A DNA stretch of 64,000 bases from an uncultured Acidobacteriota bacterium (GTDB lineage: Bacteria > Acidobacteriota > Thermoanaerobaculia > Multivoradales > JAHEKO01): the NCBI GenBank assembly GCA_963713825.1, contig CAVQNG010000003.1:1408001-1472000 (forward strand), in the 5' to 3' direction. This document shows positions 1 to 9,144 of the stretch, piece by piece. A model generated the notes under the pieces. It did no database searches and was not told the origin of the DNA. It saw only the letters and a program-made list of their open reading frames with translations. The translations under genes and the position numbers were made by a program. Each line of letters starts with the position of its first letter. Position 1 is the stretch's first letter.

Positions 1-1155
1 ATAAGCCAGATCGTAGAGCTTCTTCATGTAGACCGGGTCGAAGACCTCGGAGGGGACCTCCTCGAAATCCCTGGGTATGTAAGCCAGGTTGAACTCCAAC
101 CCGTCCCTCTCTGCCAGGGCATAGATCCGGTACAGATCACCGATGCCCTGCGTCCGGATCAATGACGAAATGCTCCGCTCGGCGATTGGGAGGAGCTTCC
201 GATTGACCACGACCGCCTCTGCGTCGAGCCGGGAGTTTCGGATGATGTAGGCTTTGGGGGTTCCCGGCACTTCGAATTTCTCGAGCACTTGGGCCCATTG
301 GATTCCGGCTGGATAGAGGAAGACCTGTGAAGCGGTGCCTCCATCGACGTGGAGCTCCTGGTAGCGGCGGCCCTGTGCCTCGACGTCGATGGCCACGGGG
401 GGAAAGGCTGCAGGAATCGAGGCGGACGCCAGCAAGATCTGTCGGATCAGATCGAGGGCAAACGGCTCGCCGCTTGCCGCAATCCGGCCGATGTTCCAGA
501 TCACCGGCCGGCCGGCGTCGATGTTAGTCGTTCCGATGAACACCTGCCGGCCCTGGAGACACTTGTCAGCCAGTTTCTGCATGACGTCTTCGGTGACGTA
601 TTTCGCGATGAGATCCTCCAGTCCCTTGGTGCCATACATCGCGTCACTGGTCAGGGAATTGACTACTTTGCGCTTGTGGATCAAGTCCTTGGTGCTGTAG
701 GTGGTATAGAACTCTTCGAGAAGAGGGTCATATTCCGGACCGAGCATCGCGAACGGCGCGACCAGAGCACCGGTACTGATCCCCGTTACGATGGTGAACT
801 CGGGACGTGTTCCCGCCGCTGTCCAACCTTTGAGAAGACCAGCTGCAAAGGCGCCGTTGGCGCCCCCTCCGGAAATCGCCAGGTAGCTGTGGTCTCTTCC
901 AAAAACGTCGGGGAACTCGACCTTCACCTCCTCAGGGCTTTTTTCTTGCCAGGTATCGGCCCAGGGAGGAGTCGCGTCGCCCCAGAAGCGAGCTTTTTGA
1001 ATTCCAGGCACTGTGGCGGAATCGTAGATTGCATCGGGCACCGGTTCGCGTTTGGGTACCGAGACGCAACCCTGGAGAAAGGTGGCCAGCAGAACAGCGG
1101 CCAGTAGAGGTGTCCACGAATGGCGGCTCGCGATGAGTTTCTTGGGCTGGATCAC
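1..1155 (-). CDS. Patatin-like phospholipase, lipoprotein (3' end runs off the window)
   Basis: Not in the ORF track. Manual minus-strand translation from GTG at 1155 (GGAGGG RBS at 1161-1166) gives lipobox LQGC, LAISGGGANGAF, GISTG nucleophile elbow, HVDGG and ...FDPVYMKKLYDLAY at the window edge. Confidence 0.88.
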   Translation of the reverse strand, partial: MIQPKKLIASRHSWTPLLAAVLLATFLQGCVSVPKREPVPDAIYDSATVPGIQKARFWGDATPPWADTWQEKSPEEVKVEFPDVFGRDHSYLAISGGGANGAFAAGLLKGWTAAGTRPEFTIVTGISTGALVAPFAMLGPEYDPLLEEFYTTYSTKDLIHKRKVVNSLTSDAMYGTKGLEDLIAKYVTEDVMQKLADKCLQGRQVFIGTTNIDAGRPVIWNIGRIAASGEPFALDLIRQILLASASIPAAFPPVAIDVEAQGRRYQELHVDGGTASQVFLYPAGIQWAQVLEKFEVPGTPKAYIIRNSRLDAEAVVVNRKLLPIAERSISSLIRTQGIGDLYRIYALAERDGLEFNLAYIPRDFEEVPSEVFDPVYMKKLYDLAY

Positions 1156-1451
1156 TTGGGCCCTCCTTCAGCAGGTCTTGAAATCCCTGGACATTCTATC
1201 CGGTTGGATTCTCGATGCGCCTCCATGGGAGAGACTCCTGCCGGACCAGCCTCAGCTTCGTTGCACTGCATGTGTGTGGCGATAGGCGCGTGGTGAAACG
1301 CCCGACATGCGGACGAAGGCTCGCGAGAAATTGGATTGGTGCTTGTACCCGAGTCCCCGCGCGATCTTCTGGTTCGGCAGGTCCGACTCGGCGAGGAGCT
1401 GGCGGGCCCAGCGATATCTGCGTTTCTCGACGACGCGCTATGTCGTTGTCA

Positions 1452-1493
1452 TTGCTCCAGAATAACCAAACATGTACAATAATCCTGTACAGG
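1452..1493 (+). promoter_or_regulatory. sigma70 promoter with paired TGTACA operator of the yefM-yoeB-type operon
   Basis: TTGCTC (1452-1457), 17 bp spacer, TACAAT (1475-1480). TGTACA hexamers at 1473-1478 and 1486-1491, the second inside the palindrome CCTGTACAGG. Confidence 0.8.
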
Positions 1494-1500
1494 TTAATCG

Positions 1501-1794
1501 ATGTCAAGCCGAACCACCTACACCCAGGCCCGCGCGCACCTCGCCAGTCTTTGTGACGAGGTGGCCGAGAGTCGAGAGCCCTATGTGATCGAGCGCCGAG
1601 GCCACGAGAACGTTGCACTCATCGCCGAGGCGGAGCTCGAGTCACTTCTCGAAACTGCCCACCTGCTGCGCTCGCCGCGAAACGCCAGTCGATTGGCCGC
1701 TGCCCTCGAGAAGGCTCTCAGCGGACAGATTCCACCGGCCTCTCTCGACGAGCTGAAGCGCGACCTCGGTCTTGCGGACGACGAGCCGGCGTGA
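1501..1794 (+). CDS. yefM: Phd/YefM family antitoxin
   Basis: TYTQARAHLASLCDEV..REPYVIERRG..ESLLETAHLLRSPRNA..L; overlaps the toxin start. Confidence 0.9.
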   Translation: MSSRTTYTQARAHLASLCDEVAESREPYVIERRGHENVALIAEAELESLLETAHLLRSPRNASRLAAALEKALSGQIPPASLDELKRDLGLADDEPA

Positions 1795-2075
1795 CGAAGA
1801 GGACGCCTGAGTCCTCGGATCGGGTTGCTGTCTTTCATAGCGAGTTCCGACAGGATTTGCGTTACTGGGTGCGGGCTGATCGGAAGATCGCCGTGCGGGT
1901 GCTGGATCTCGTAGAGGCCATCATGCGCGACCCGGTCCGAGGTACGGGCAAACCCGAGCCCCTGAAGTTCTACCTCCGTGGTTGTTGGTCACGGAGAATC
2001 ACCCAGGAACATCGACTCGTCTACCTCGTCAGGGAGTCGAGGGTCGATTTCCTCCAGGCGCGATACCACTACTGA
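1791..2075 (+). CDS. yoeB: Txe/YoeB family toxin (ribosome-dependent RNase)
   Basis: GTGKPEPLK..GCWSRRITQEHRLVY..FLQARYHY C-terminus. Confidence 0.93.
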   Translation: MTKRTPESSDRVAVFHSEFRQDLRYWVRADRKIAVRVLDLVEAIMRDPVRGTGKPEPLKFYLRGCWSRRITQEHRLVYLVRESRVDFLQARYHY

Positions 2076-2146
2076 CAGGCGACGCTGTTCGCTGTGACGT
2101 CGTGTTTTGTAGGAACCACTATCGAAAGTGGGCACGGACGAACAGC

Positions 2147-3184
2147 CTAGTCAGAGGCTCGAGCATGAAGGGTCTCCCGAAATCGGCCGGGCGTCGTACC
2201 GGTCCACCGCCGGAAGGCACGGGTGAAGATCGCCGGATCGCGGTAGCCGAGCTCGTTGCTGACCTCCGCGGCCTGCCGACCGGGATCCCTCAAGAGGAAG
2301 ATCGCCAGATCGTGGCGAAGGTCATCGAGCAGCTGGGAGTAGGTGATGCCCTGGGCCCCGAGGCGGCGCTGGAGCGTCCTGACGGAGGTGCCGGCCAGCC
2401 GTGCCGCCTGTTGGAGGGTTGGCGAACCGTCGGGCAGATAGGCGGGAAGAATAACGCGAAGAGAGGCGGCGAGATCCTGTCCCCCGGCTGTATCCCTCAA
2501 CGAGCTACGGTGGCGCCTCCAGATGGCAGAGCCCTTTTTCGGCAGGTCCTCCATCGGTCCCAGGAACGGCTGAGCAGGAAAGACGATCGAGGTCACGCCC
2601 TGGGCGCACCGAATATCGGCATCGCCGACGAGGGCTCGCAGGGTCGTGAGCGGTATCGAACCAGCGCGCACGTTGACCCGCGCCGGGTTCCACTGCGGAC
2701 TCGCGCCGTACCGGGTCCATCGGACCATCAATGCCACCATGAACTGCTCGACGGCTGCGAAGGCCGGGTGGTCGGGGCCGAAGGTGCCGAGATAGAAGAA
2801 CTCCGTCATCGGATTGGAGCCAGGATTCGTCTCGATCCACATGTCGACATTCGAGCTGCTTTCGAGAGCAACATCGATGAAGTTCGTGATGGACCGGAAG
2901 ACGCCGGGTCGGGTCCAGGACCGCTCTGCGTCTGGCAGAAGCGAGTCGAGGTCGATTCGGGCACCGGCTCGGAGACCGAGATCGGGCAACGCAGCTTCTC
3001 CGGCCGCGAGTTCCACGAAGCGGTAGATCTTCGCGGTCGGTACCAGGGTCGATGGGTCGTCCAGGCTGAGCGAAGGAAGCTCCGCCTGTTCGATGACTTC
3101 ATCGTAGGGAACACCCACCTCCTCGAGGATCTCGAGAAAGGGATGGATCCAACCGATGTTGACTCGTGGGATCGACGGCATCAC
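2147..3184 (-). CDS. AraC family transcriptional regulator with N-terminal ligand-binding domain
   Basis: C-terminal double HTH: AARLAGTSVRTLQRRL...LGYRDPAIFTRAFRRWTGTTPGRFR. Confidence 0.9.
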   Translation of the reverse strand: MMPSIPRVNIGWIHPFLEILEEVGVPYDEVIEQAELPSLSLDDPSTLVPTAKIYRFVELAAGEAALPDLGLRAGARIDLDSLLPDAERSWTRPGVFRSITNFIDVALESSSNVDMWIETNPGSNPMTEFFYLGTFGPDHPAFAAVEQFMVALMVRWTRYGASPQWNPARVNVRAGSIPLTTLRALVGDADIRCAQGVTSIVFPAQPFLGPMEDLPKKGSAIWRRHRSSLRDTAGGQDLAASLRVILPAYLPDGSPTLQQAARLAGTSVRTLQRRLGAQGITYSQLLDDLRHDLAIFLLRDPGRQAAEVSNELGYRDPAIFTRAFRRWTGTTPGRFRETLHARASD

Positions 3185-3221
3185 AGGCCCAGTTAGTTCG
3201 ATACGGGCATGATTTCACCCG

Positions 3222-3259
3222 ATTGTGGCACGAAAAGTCAATTGTGGCACGAAAAGTCA
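3222..3259. promoter_or_regulatory. Perfect 19-bp tandem direct repeat (ATTGTGGCACGAAAAGTCA x2), probable AraC-family binding site
   Basis: Exact repeat at 3222-3240 and 3241-3259, between the divergent araC and the BNR operon. Confidence 0.7.
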
Positions 3260-3365
3260 AACAAGGCAATTCGCAACCGTCATAGGTTCCGGGAGCTTTG
3301 TCTCGTCAGTGAGATTGAAGTTGGTGCGTACCTGCAATCCGGATGATTTGAAGGAGGTGGTAGCC

Positions 3366-6300
3366 ATGAAGAAAACAGTCCTCGGAACTCTGATTGTTCT
3401 CACGTGTGCGTGTCTTGGCCACTCGAGTCAAGCGATGGCTCAAGGCGGTGACTTTGAGTCCCAGATCCAAGCCTTGGAATGGCGCAACATCGGGCCCTTC
3501 AACGGCGGCCGCGGTACCACCGTCGTCGGTCATCCGACCGAAAGAAACGTCTTCTACTTTGGCCACGGCTCGGGCGGCCTCTGGAAGACCGAAGATGCCG
3601 GAACCTATTGGATTCCTGTAGGAGAGGGACAGTTCAACTACGCCTCCGTCGGGGCTATGGCCCTCTACGAGAAGAACCCGGACATCATGTATGTGGGTCT
3701 GGGCGAGCCGCAGCTGCGCCAGAGCGTTTCCTGGGGCGACGGTATGTACAAGTCGGTTGACGGCGGCGAGACCTGGGCGCATATCGGTCTCGAGGACTCG
3801 CTGCATATCGCCAGAGTGCGGATTCATCCGGACAATCCTGACGTCGTCTTCGTGGCCTCGATGGGCCACGCCTTCGGTCCCACAAAGGAGCGGGGCGTCT
3901 TTCGAACCCGGGACGGCGGCAAGACTTGGGATCACGTGCTCTTTCAGAACGAGAGCACAGGAGCCATCGACCTGGTGATGAGTCCGGGCGATCCGAATGT
4001 CCTATTCGCCGCACTGTGGACCTTCGAGCGCAAAGCCTGGGGCTCGTTCTTCGGTGGCCCGGACGGCGGCATCTGGCGCTCGCGCGACGGTGGCGACAAC
4101 TGGGAGGAGATCACTGCCAAGCCGGGTCTCCCGGAAGGCGATACGGGCCGCATCGGGCTCACAATGTCGGCCGCCGACCCCGACCGCGTCTACGCCTTGA
4201 TCGACTCGGCAACGCAGTCGGGTCTGTATCGGTCTAATGACGCCGGCGACACATGGAGCTTCATCTCCGACGACGCCAACATCACGGCTCGCCCCTTCTA
4301 CTTCACCCATATCTACGCGGACCCGAGCGACGCGGACAAGCTCTGGTCGCCCGGCAACAAGCTGTGGCGTTCTGTCGATGGCGGCAAGACCTGGATCCTC
4401 GAGCCCAGTGCCAAGGACGACTTCCAGGACATTTGGATCGATCCTGAGGATTCGAACCGCATGATCGTCACCTGCGACGGGGGTACCGCGGTGAGTCTGA
4501 CCGGGGGCAAGTCCTGGTCGAGCTTCGCCAATCAGAGCGGGGTGCAGTTCTATCGCGTCGACACCGACGACCAGTTCCCGTACAACGTCTACGGCAACGC
4601 GCAGGATCTGCTGGTCTACGGTGTGCCCAGCAGGTCCCGCTGGGGCGGTATCCCTCTCCACATGACCCAGTACATCGGCAACGGAGAGACGGGGCGAGCT
4701 TTTCCAAAACCCGGCGACCCCAACATCGTCTACAGCCTGTCAACAGGCGCTGCCTACGGCGCTGCCGCTCATTTCACCATCAATAATCTGAACACCGGGC
4801 AGAACGAGACCCGCTCGGTGTGGCCCGAGGTGCTGTTCGGAACACCAGCCTCGGAATTCAAGTATCGCTTCAACTGGCAGGCGCCCTTCGTCGTCTCGCC
4901 CCACGACCCGGGCACGATCTACTTTGCGGGCAACGTGGTATTCCGCACCCGGGACGAGGGCATGACCTGGGAGCGGATCTCGGACGACCTGACCCACAAC
5001 ATGACCGACAAGATGGAGGTCGCCGGGGCGACCTGGCTGCCGGAGTATTTCGGTCAGGAGATCTTTTCCACCATCCATCGTCTGGTCGAGTCCCCGCACG
5101 AGAAGGGTGTCTTATGGGCGGGTAGCGACGACGGTCTGCTTCACCTGACCCGCGACGGCGGTGGGAACTGGGAGAACGTTACCCCGCCGGGTCTGCCGGA
5201 GCTTTCGGGCATCTACGAGATCGAGGTCTCACCGCACGACCCAGCGACGACCTATATCGCCATCACACGCTACCGCAAGGCAGACGACTACGAGCCCTAC
5301 CTGCTCAAGACTTCGGACTATGGCAAGACCTGGAAGCGCCTCGACGGCAACTTCCCTGAGGGGCAGGTCACGAAGACGATCCGCGAGGATACGGTCCGCC
5401 AGGGTCTGCTCTTCGTCGGCACCGAGACCGGTATCTACGCCTCGATCGACGACGGCCAGAGCTGGAGGAACGTGAATCTCAATATGCCGCCGCTGCCGGT
5501 CTTCGACATCGAGGTCAAGAACGCGGACCTGATCGTTGCAACCCACGGTATGGGCTTCTGGATCCTGGACGACATCAGTCCGCTTCGCCAGTACACGGCC
5601 GATCTCGACGCGAAGAACGCCCATCTCTTCGAGCCCGAAGATCACACCCGATTCGGGTACAACTGGTGGCTCGACTACGGTGGCGGCCCGCCTTCGGACG
5701 AGAAGTACTTCTTCGTTCGCAACGCCGAACCAGGCTATACGTTCTATGAGCGAGGCGTGGTCAACGGCGAACGCCAGCGCGACTACATCGATGCCGGCGA
5801 CGCCCGCCCGCGGGGAGCAATCCTCTACTACCTGCTCAGCGACCAGGTCAAAGATGTCAGTCTTTCGATCCTCGACGAACAGGGAAACGAGGTTCGCACC
5901 TTCGGTTCAGACGAGATCCCCAAGGAGACATTCAGTGAGATCGCGGGCCGTGAGTACGCCGGAGGTTCGGACGCCGGGCAACCCAGGGCAAGTGTCGGCA
6001 AAGGCCTGAATCGCTTCATGTGGGACATGCGCTACCCCATGGTCTCCGCCATTCCAGGGCTGCCGCCTGTCGTGATCAATCCGATCGCCAAGCCCGGCAC
6101 CTACCAGGTGCGGCTGACGGTGGACGGCGAGTCCCAGACGCAGAGCTTCGAGATGAAGCTCAACCCGAACGAGAGCTACACCCGGGCCGAGACCGACGCC
6201 AAAGCCGAGGCCTGGATGACGCTCTACGAGAAGTCCGAGGAAGGGGTGCAGGCCGTGCTCCGGGCCCAGGCGGCCCGCGAGAAGGTCTCGGGCGCTCTGG

Positions 6301-6596
6301 AAGGTGGGTCGGGTGACTTGGCTGTTCAAGCGAAGAGAATCACCGAGCTTTGCACCGACCTCGAGGGCAGCATGGTTGCGACAGGAACGACCCTGGTGCA
6401 GATCATCAGCGAGCCCTCCAAGCCCCTGGCGATCTTGACGATGCTGCACAACATCATGGAGACCACCGAAGGTCCGCCGAATCAGCCCTGGTTCGAGGTC
6501 TACGAAAAGGTGTCCGGCGAAATGGACGCCGCAATCGCGGAGTTCGACGCGGCCCTGGAGAAGGAGATGGCGAAATTCGATGGGTTGAGCCGCTAG
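3366..6596 (+). CDS. Secreted BNR/Asp-box repeat (VPS10/sortilin-like) beta-propeller protein, putative glycosyl hydrolase
   Basis: RBS GGAGG and ATG 3366, signal peptide, WRNIGP..GGR motif, many S/T-x-D-G-G-x-T-W Asp boxes, helical C-terminus. Confidence 0.88.
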   Translation: MKKTVLGTLIVLTCACLGHSSQAMAQGGDFESQIQALEWRNIGPFNGGRGTTVVGHPTERNVFYFGHGSGGLWKTEDAGTYWIPVGEGQFNYASVGAMALYEKNPDIMYVGLGEPQLRQSVSWGDGMYKSVDGGETWAHIGLEDSLHIARVRIHPDNPDVVFVASMGHAFGPTKERGVFRTRDGGKTWDHVLFQNESTGAIDLVMSPGDPNVLFAALWTFERKAWGSFFGGPDGGIWRSRDGGDNWEEITAKPGLPEGDTGRIGLTMSAADPDRVYALIDSATQSGLYRSNDAGDTWSFISDDANITARPFYFTHIYADPSDADKLWSPGNKLWRSVDGGKTWILEPSAKDDFQDIWIDPEDSNRMIVTCDGGTAVSLTGGKSWSSFANQSGVQFYRVDTDDQFPYNVYGNAQDLLVYGVPSRSRWGGIPLHMTQYIGNGETGRAFPKPGDPNIVYSLSTGAAYGAAAHFTINNLNTGQNETRSVWPEVLFGTPASEFKYRFNWQAPFVVSPHDPGTIYFAGNVVFRTRDEGMTWERISDDLTHNMTDKMEVAGATWLPEYFGQEIFSTIHRLVESPHEKGVLWAGSDDGLLHLTRDGGGNWENVTPPGLPELSGIYEIEVSPHDPATTYIAITRYRKADDYEPYLLKTSDYGKTWKRLDGNFPEGQVTKTIREDTVRQGLLFVGTETGIYASIDDGQSWRNVNLNMPPLPVFDIEVKNADLIVATHGMGFWILDDISPLRQYTADLDAKNAHLFEPEDHTRFGYNWWLDYGGGPPSDEKYFFVRNAEPGYTFYERGVVNGERQRDYIDAGDARPRGAILYYLLSDQVKDVSLSILDEQGNEVRTFGSDEIPKETFSEIAGREYAGGSDAGQPRASVGKGLNRFMWDMRYPMVSAIPGLPPVVINPIAKPGTYQVRLTVDGESQTQSFEMKLNPNESYTRAETDAKAEAWMTLYEKSEEGVQAVLRAQAAREKVSGALEGGSGDLAVQAKRITELCTDLEGSMVATGTTLVQIISEPSKPLAILTMLHNIMETTEGPPNQPWFEVYEKVSGEMDAAIAEFDAALEKEMAKFDGLSR

Positions 6597-6665
6597 CTCT
6601 GGTCACAAGAGATCGAATATCAATCTATGAGAGCGAGATGTGGGGTCGCCTGGATTGAAGCCAGA

Positions 6666-6687
6666 GAGGGGCGCTTCGGCGCCCCTC
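6666..6687 (+). terminator. GC-rich UUCG stem-loop (terminator or mRNA-stabilising element)
   Basis: GAGGGGCGC-TTCG-GCGCCCCTC, a perfect 9-bp stem; no real U tract follows. Confidence 0.5.
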
Positions 6688-6767
6688 GTTGCTCAGGCCC
6701 AGGTTCCCGCCAGGGCTTTCACCCGTACGGATTACAAAGGACCGACCGAGCCGCAGAACGCAAGACG

Positions 6768-7877
6768 ATGAAGTGGAGCTCTTTTCTTCTTTCGTTGGCC
6801 GTCATCGCGATCGGCTGTGCACCCGAAACAAGGGTGTTGATCGAGTCTGATGAGGGTCCAGTAGCTCCGGACCTCGCGCCGCCGATCACCCGCATCGCCT
6901 TCGGCTCCTGCGCTTTTCAATGGGTCGAGCAGCCGATCTTTCGGGCGGTAGTGGCGGCAGAGCCGGATCTCTATCTGTCCCTGGGTGACGCCATCTACGG
7001 CGATTTCGACGGCGAGAACACCTTCGACGTGACCCCTGAATCGCTGCGCGAGGAGTGGCAGGAGTTGGCCGATAACCCGGACTGGCAGCATCTGACAGCC
7101 AACGTCCCGGTGATGGCGGTCTGGGACAACCACGACTACGGCAAGGCCGAGGGTGGCGCCGAGTTCGAGCTCAAGGCCCAAGCGCAGGAGATCTTTCTCG
7201 ACTTCTTCGGTGAGCCGGCGGATTCCGAGCGTCGGCTCTCAAGAGGTGTCTACCAGGCGGAGACGTTTGGACCTCCCGGGAGGGCCGTGCAGATCATCCT
7301 GCTCGACACCCGCTTCTTCAAAGGCCCCTTCGCCCTGGCGGACCGCCCAGAGGGAGCAGGCGGCAGTCTGGGGAAGTTTGCGCCCAATGAGGCTCCGGAC
7401 GTCACGCTCCTGGGGTCGGCCCAATGGGCTTGGCTGGAAGAGCAGCTCCGCCAGCCCGCTGACATTCGTTTCATCGCCTCGAGCACCCAGATTGTCCCCG
7501 ACCAGAAGGGGATGGACGAATGGGGCAACTACCCACTCGAGCGCCAGAAGCTCTTCGAGTTGATCGAGACCACAGGAGCCGAGGGTGTCGTTTTCCTGAC
7601 CGGAAATGTGCACTTCTCAGAGCTGTCGGCCACCGATGACGGTCCGTACCGGCTCTTCGACTTCACATCGAGTGGTTTGACGCATGTCAACGAAGAGTAC
7701 CCGCAGGCTGCCAACGCCTACCGTGTCGCCGGGCCTGTCGTCGAGATCAATTTCGGACTTGTCGAGATCGATTGGGAGGCGACACCATCTCCTCGGATCA
7801 TCCTTCAGATCATCGATGTCGAAGGTGGTGTTCAACTGGAACACGAAGTTCGTCTGAACGAACTGCGGGAGGAATGA
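6768..7877 (+). CDS. PhoD-like alkaline phosphatase D family lipoprotein
   Basis: Lipobox IAIGC; RIAFGSC, LGDAIYGD, WDNHDY, LLDTR, LLGSAQWAWLE and GNVH motifs. Confidence 0.87.
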   Translation: MKWSSFLLSLAVIAIGCAPETRVLIESDEGPVAPDLAPPITRIAFGSCAFQWVEQPIFRAVVAAEPDLYLSLGDAIYGDFDGENTFDVTPESLREEWQELADNPDWQHLTANVPVMAVWDNHDYGKAEGGAEFELKAQAQEIFLDFFGEPADSERRLSRGVYQAETFGPPGRAVQIILLDTRFFKGPFALADRPEGAGGSLGKFAPNEAPDVTLLGSAQWAWLEEQLRQPADIRFIASSTQIVPDQKGMDEWGNYPLERQKLFELIETTGAEGVVFLTGNVHFSELSATDDGPYRLFDFTSSGLTHVNEEYPQAANAYRVAGPVVEINFGLVEIDWEATPSPRIILQIIDVEGGVQLEHEVRLNELREE

Positions 7878-9133
7878 TAGTGATGCTGCCAACCTCATCT
7901 GGGGCTCGAATCCGTTCGAGGGTCCGCAGCCACGTCGTGATTCTGCTGGCAACAATGGTCCTCATTGCTCCTGCGATCCGAGCCGCCGAGTGGGAGCCAG
8001 TCTCCGGCGCCGAGAGCCTGCGTCAGTTCATGAGCGGTCTGTCGACAGAAAGAGATCTTGCCGGCAAAGAAGTGGCGCGAGGGGAGTATCACGCCGACGG
8101 TACAGGTGTGCTCCATGAGTGGGGTGCGTCGTTTTCCAGAACTTGGGAGGTCGTGGGCGAGGAGCAGGTTTGCATCACCGTGGGCCTACAGACCAAGTGT
8201 TATCAGTTCCAACGCAACACAGCCGAGGCGGATCTGTACCTGGCGCGGGACGTGGCGACGGACCAGACCTTCGAGTTCCGGGTCACCGCCGGTGGAGCCG
8301 TGGCAACGGGGCCTCGGAGCGAAGTGGGTTCGGGTGGTGGAGCCGCAACGGCTTCTGCCGAAGAGATTGCCGCCGAATTGGCCAACCCCAACACCCCGAT
8401 GGGGTCCTTGAACACCAATTTCGACTACACCGCTTTCGGCGGAGATCTACCCGACGCGGGGGATCAATCGGCCTTGAAGATGATCTTCCAGCCCAGCCTG
8501 CCCTACCCGCTGGGCGGTGGCACGAATTTCTTCGTCCGACCCGCCATCCCCGTCATTTTCGATCAGTCCGTGCCGAGCCCAAGCGGTGGCTTTGACTCGA
8601 CAGGCGTGAACCTTGGCGACATCGCTTTTGATGCCGCTTTCGGCTTCAGCTTCAAGAAGAAAGCCGGAGCCAACGTGCTGATCGCGGGTCTGACGGGTAC
8701 GATACCGACAGCCACCGATGAAGCCCTCGGTCTGGACCAGTGGCTACTCGGTCCCGAGCTCGCCGTCGCCATGGTCAGGAAGTGGGGCGCCATCGGAGTG
8801 CTGGTGACCCACCAATGGGATGTAGCGGGTGAGAGCGGCTACAGCACCAGCCTCACCGGTGGTCAGTATTTCTACACCTTCAATCTGAAAGGCGGCTGGC
8901 AGTTCTCGGCCAGTCCCAATTGGTCCTACAACCATAAGTCCGAGAGCGGGGATGCGTGGACCTTGCCCCTGGGAGTCGGGCTCGCGAAGACCTCGGTTCT
9001 GGGAGGACGGCCGTGGAAGAAGAGTCTTCAATATTGGAACTTCATCAAGTCACCGGAGGCCTTCGGTCCTGAGCACCAGATCCGCTTTGTCGTCGGACCG
9101 GTGGTCAAGTTGCCGTGGAAGGGTCGTGGGTAG
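7874..9133 (+). CDS. Outer-membrane beta-barrel transporter-like protein with extra N-terminal soluble domain
   Basis: ATGA overlap with the PhoD gene; signal peptide; ELANPNTP..QPSLPY..RPAIP..LGDI amphipathic beta-strand pattern; exact start uncertain. Confidence 0.6.
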   Translation: MIVMLPTSSGARIRSRVRSHVVILLATMVLIAPAIRAAEWEPVSGAESLRQFMSGLSTERDLAGKEVARGEYHADGTGVLHEWGASFSRTWEVVGEEQVCITVGLQTKCYQFQRNTAEADLYLARDVATDQTFEFRVTAGGAVATGPRSEVGSGGGAATASAEEIAAELANPNTPMGSLNTNFDYTAFGGDLPDAGDQSALKMIFQPSLPYPLGGGTNFFVRPAIPVIFDQSVPSPSGGFDSTGVNLGDIAFDAAFGFSFKKKAGANVLIAGLTGTIPTATDEALGLDQWLLGPELAVAMVRKWGAIGVLVTHQWDVAGESGYSTSLTGGQYFYTFNLKGGWQFSASPNWSYNHKSESGDAWTLPLGVGLAKTSVLGGRPWKKSLQYWNFIKSPEAFGPEHQIRFVVGPVVKLPWKGRG

Positions 9134-9144
9134 GGAGTCGACGA

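Noticed and set aside
349-1107. 252-aa plus-strand ORF, and many similar long shadow ORFs (e.g. 1982-3196, 15628-16710, 55067-56557)
   Set aside because: They are antisense to genes with clear family motifs, which is expected in GC-rich DNA, and show no recognisable motifs of their own.
3222-3259. TGGCAC in the 19-bp repeats read as a sigma54 promoter or a mini CRISPR
   Set aside because: There is no GC at the -12 position (GG-N10-CA), only two abutting copies with no spacer, and no cas genes.
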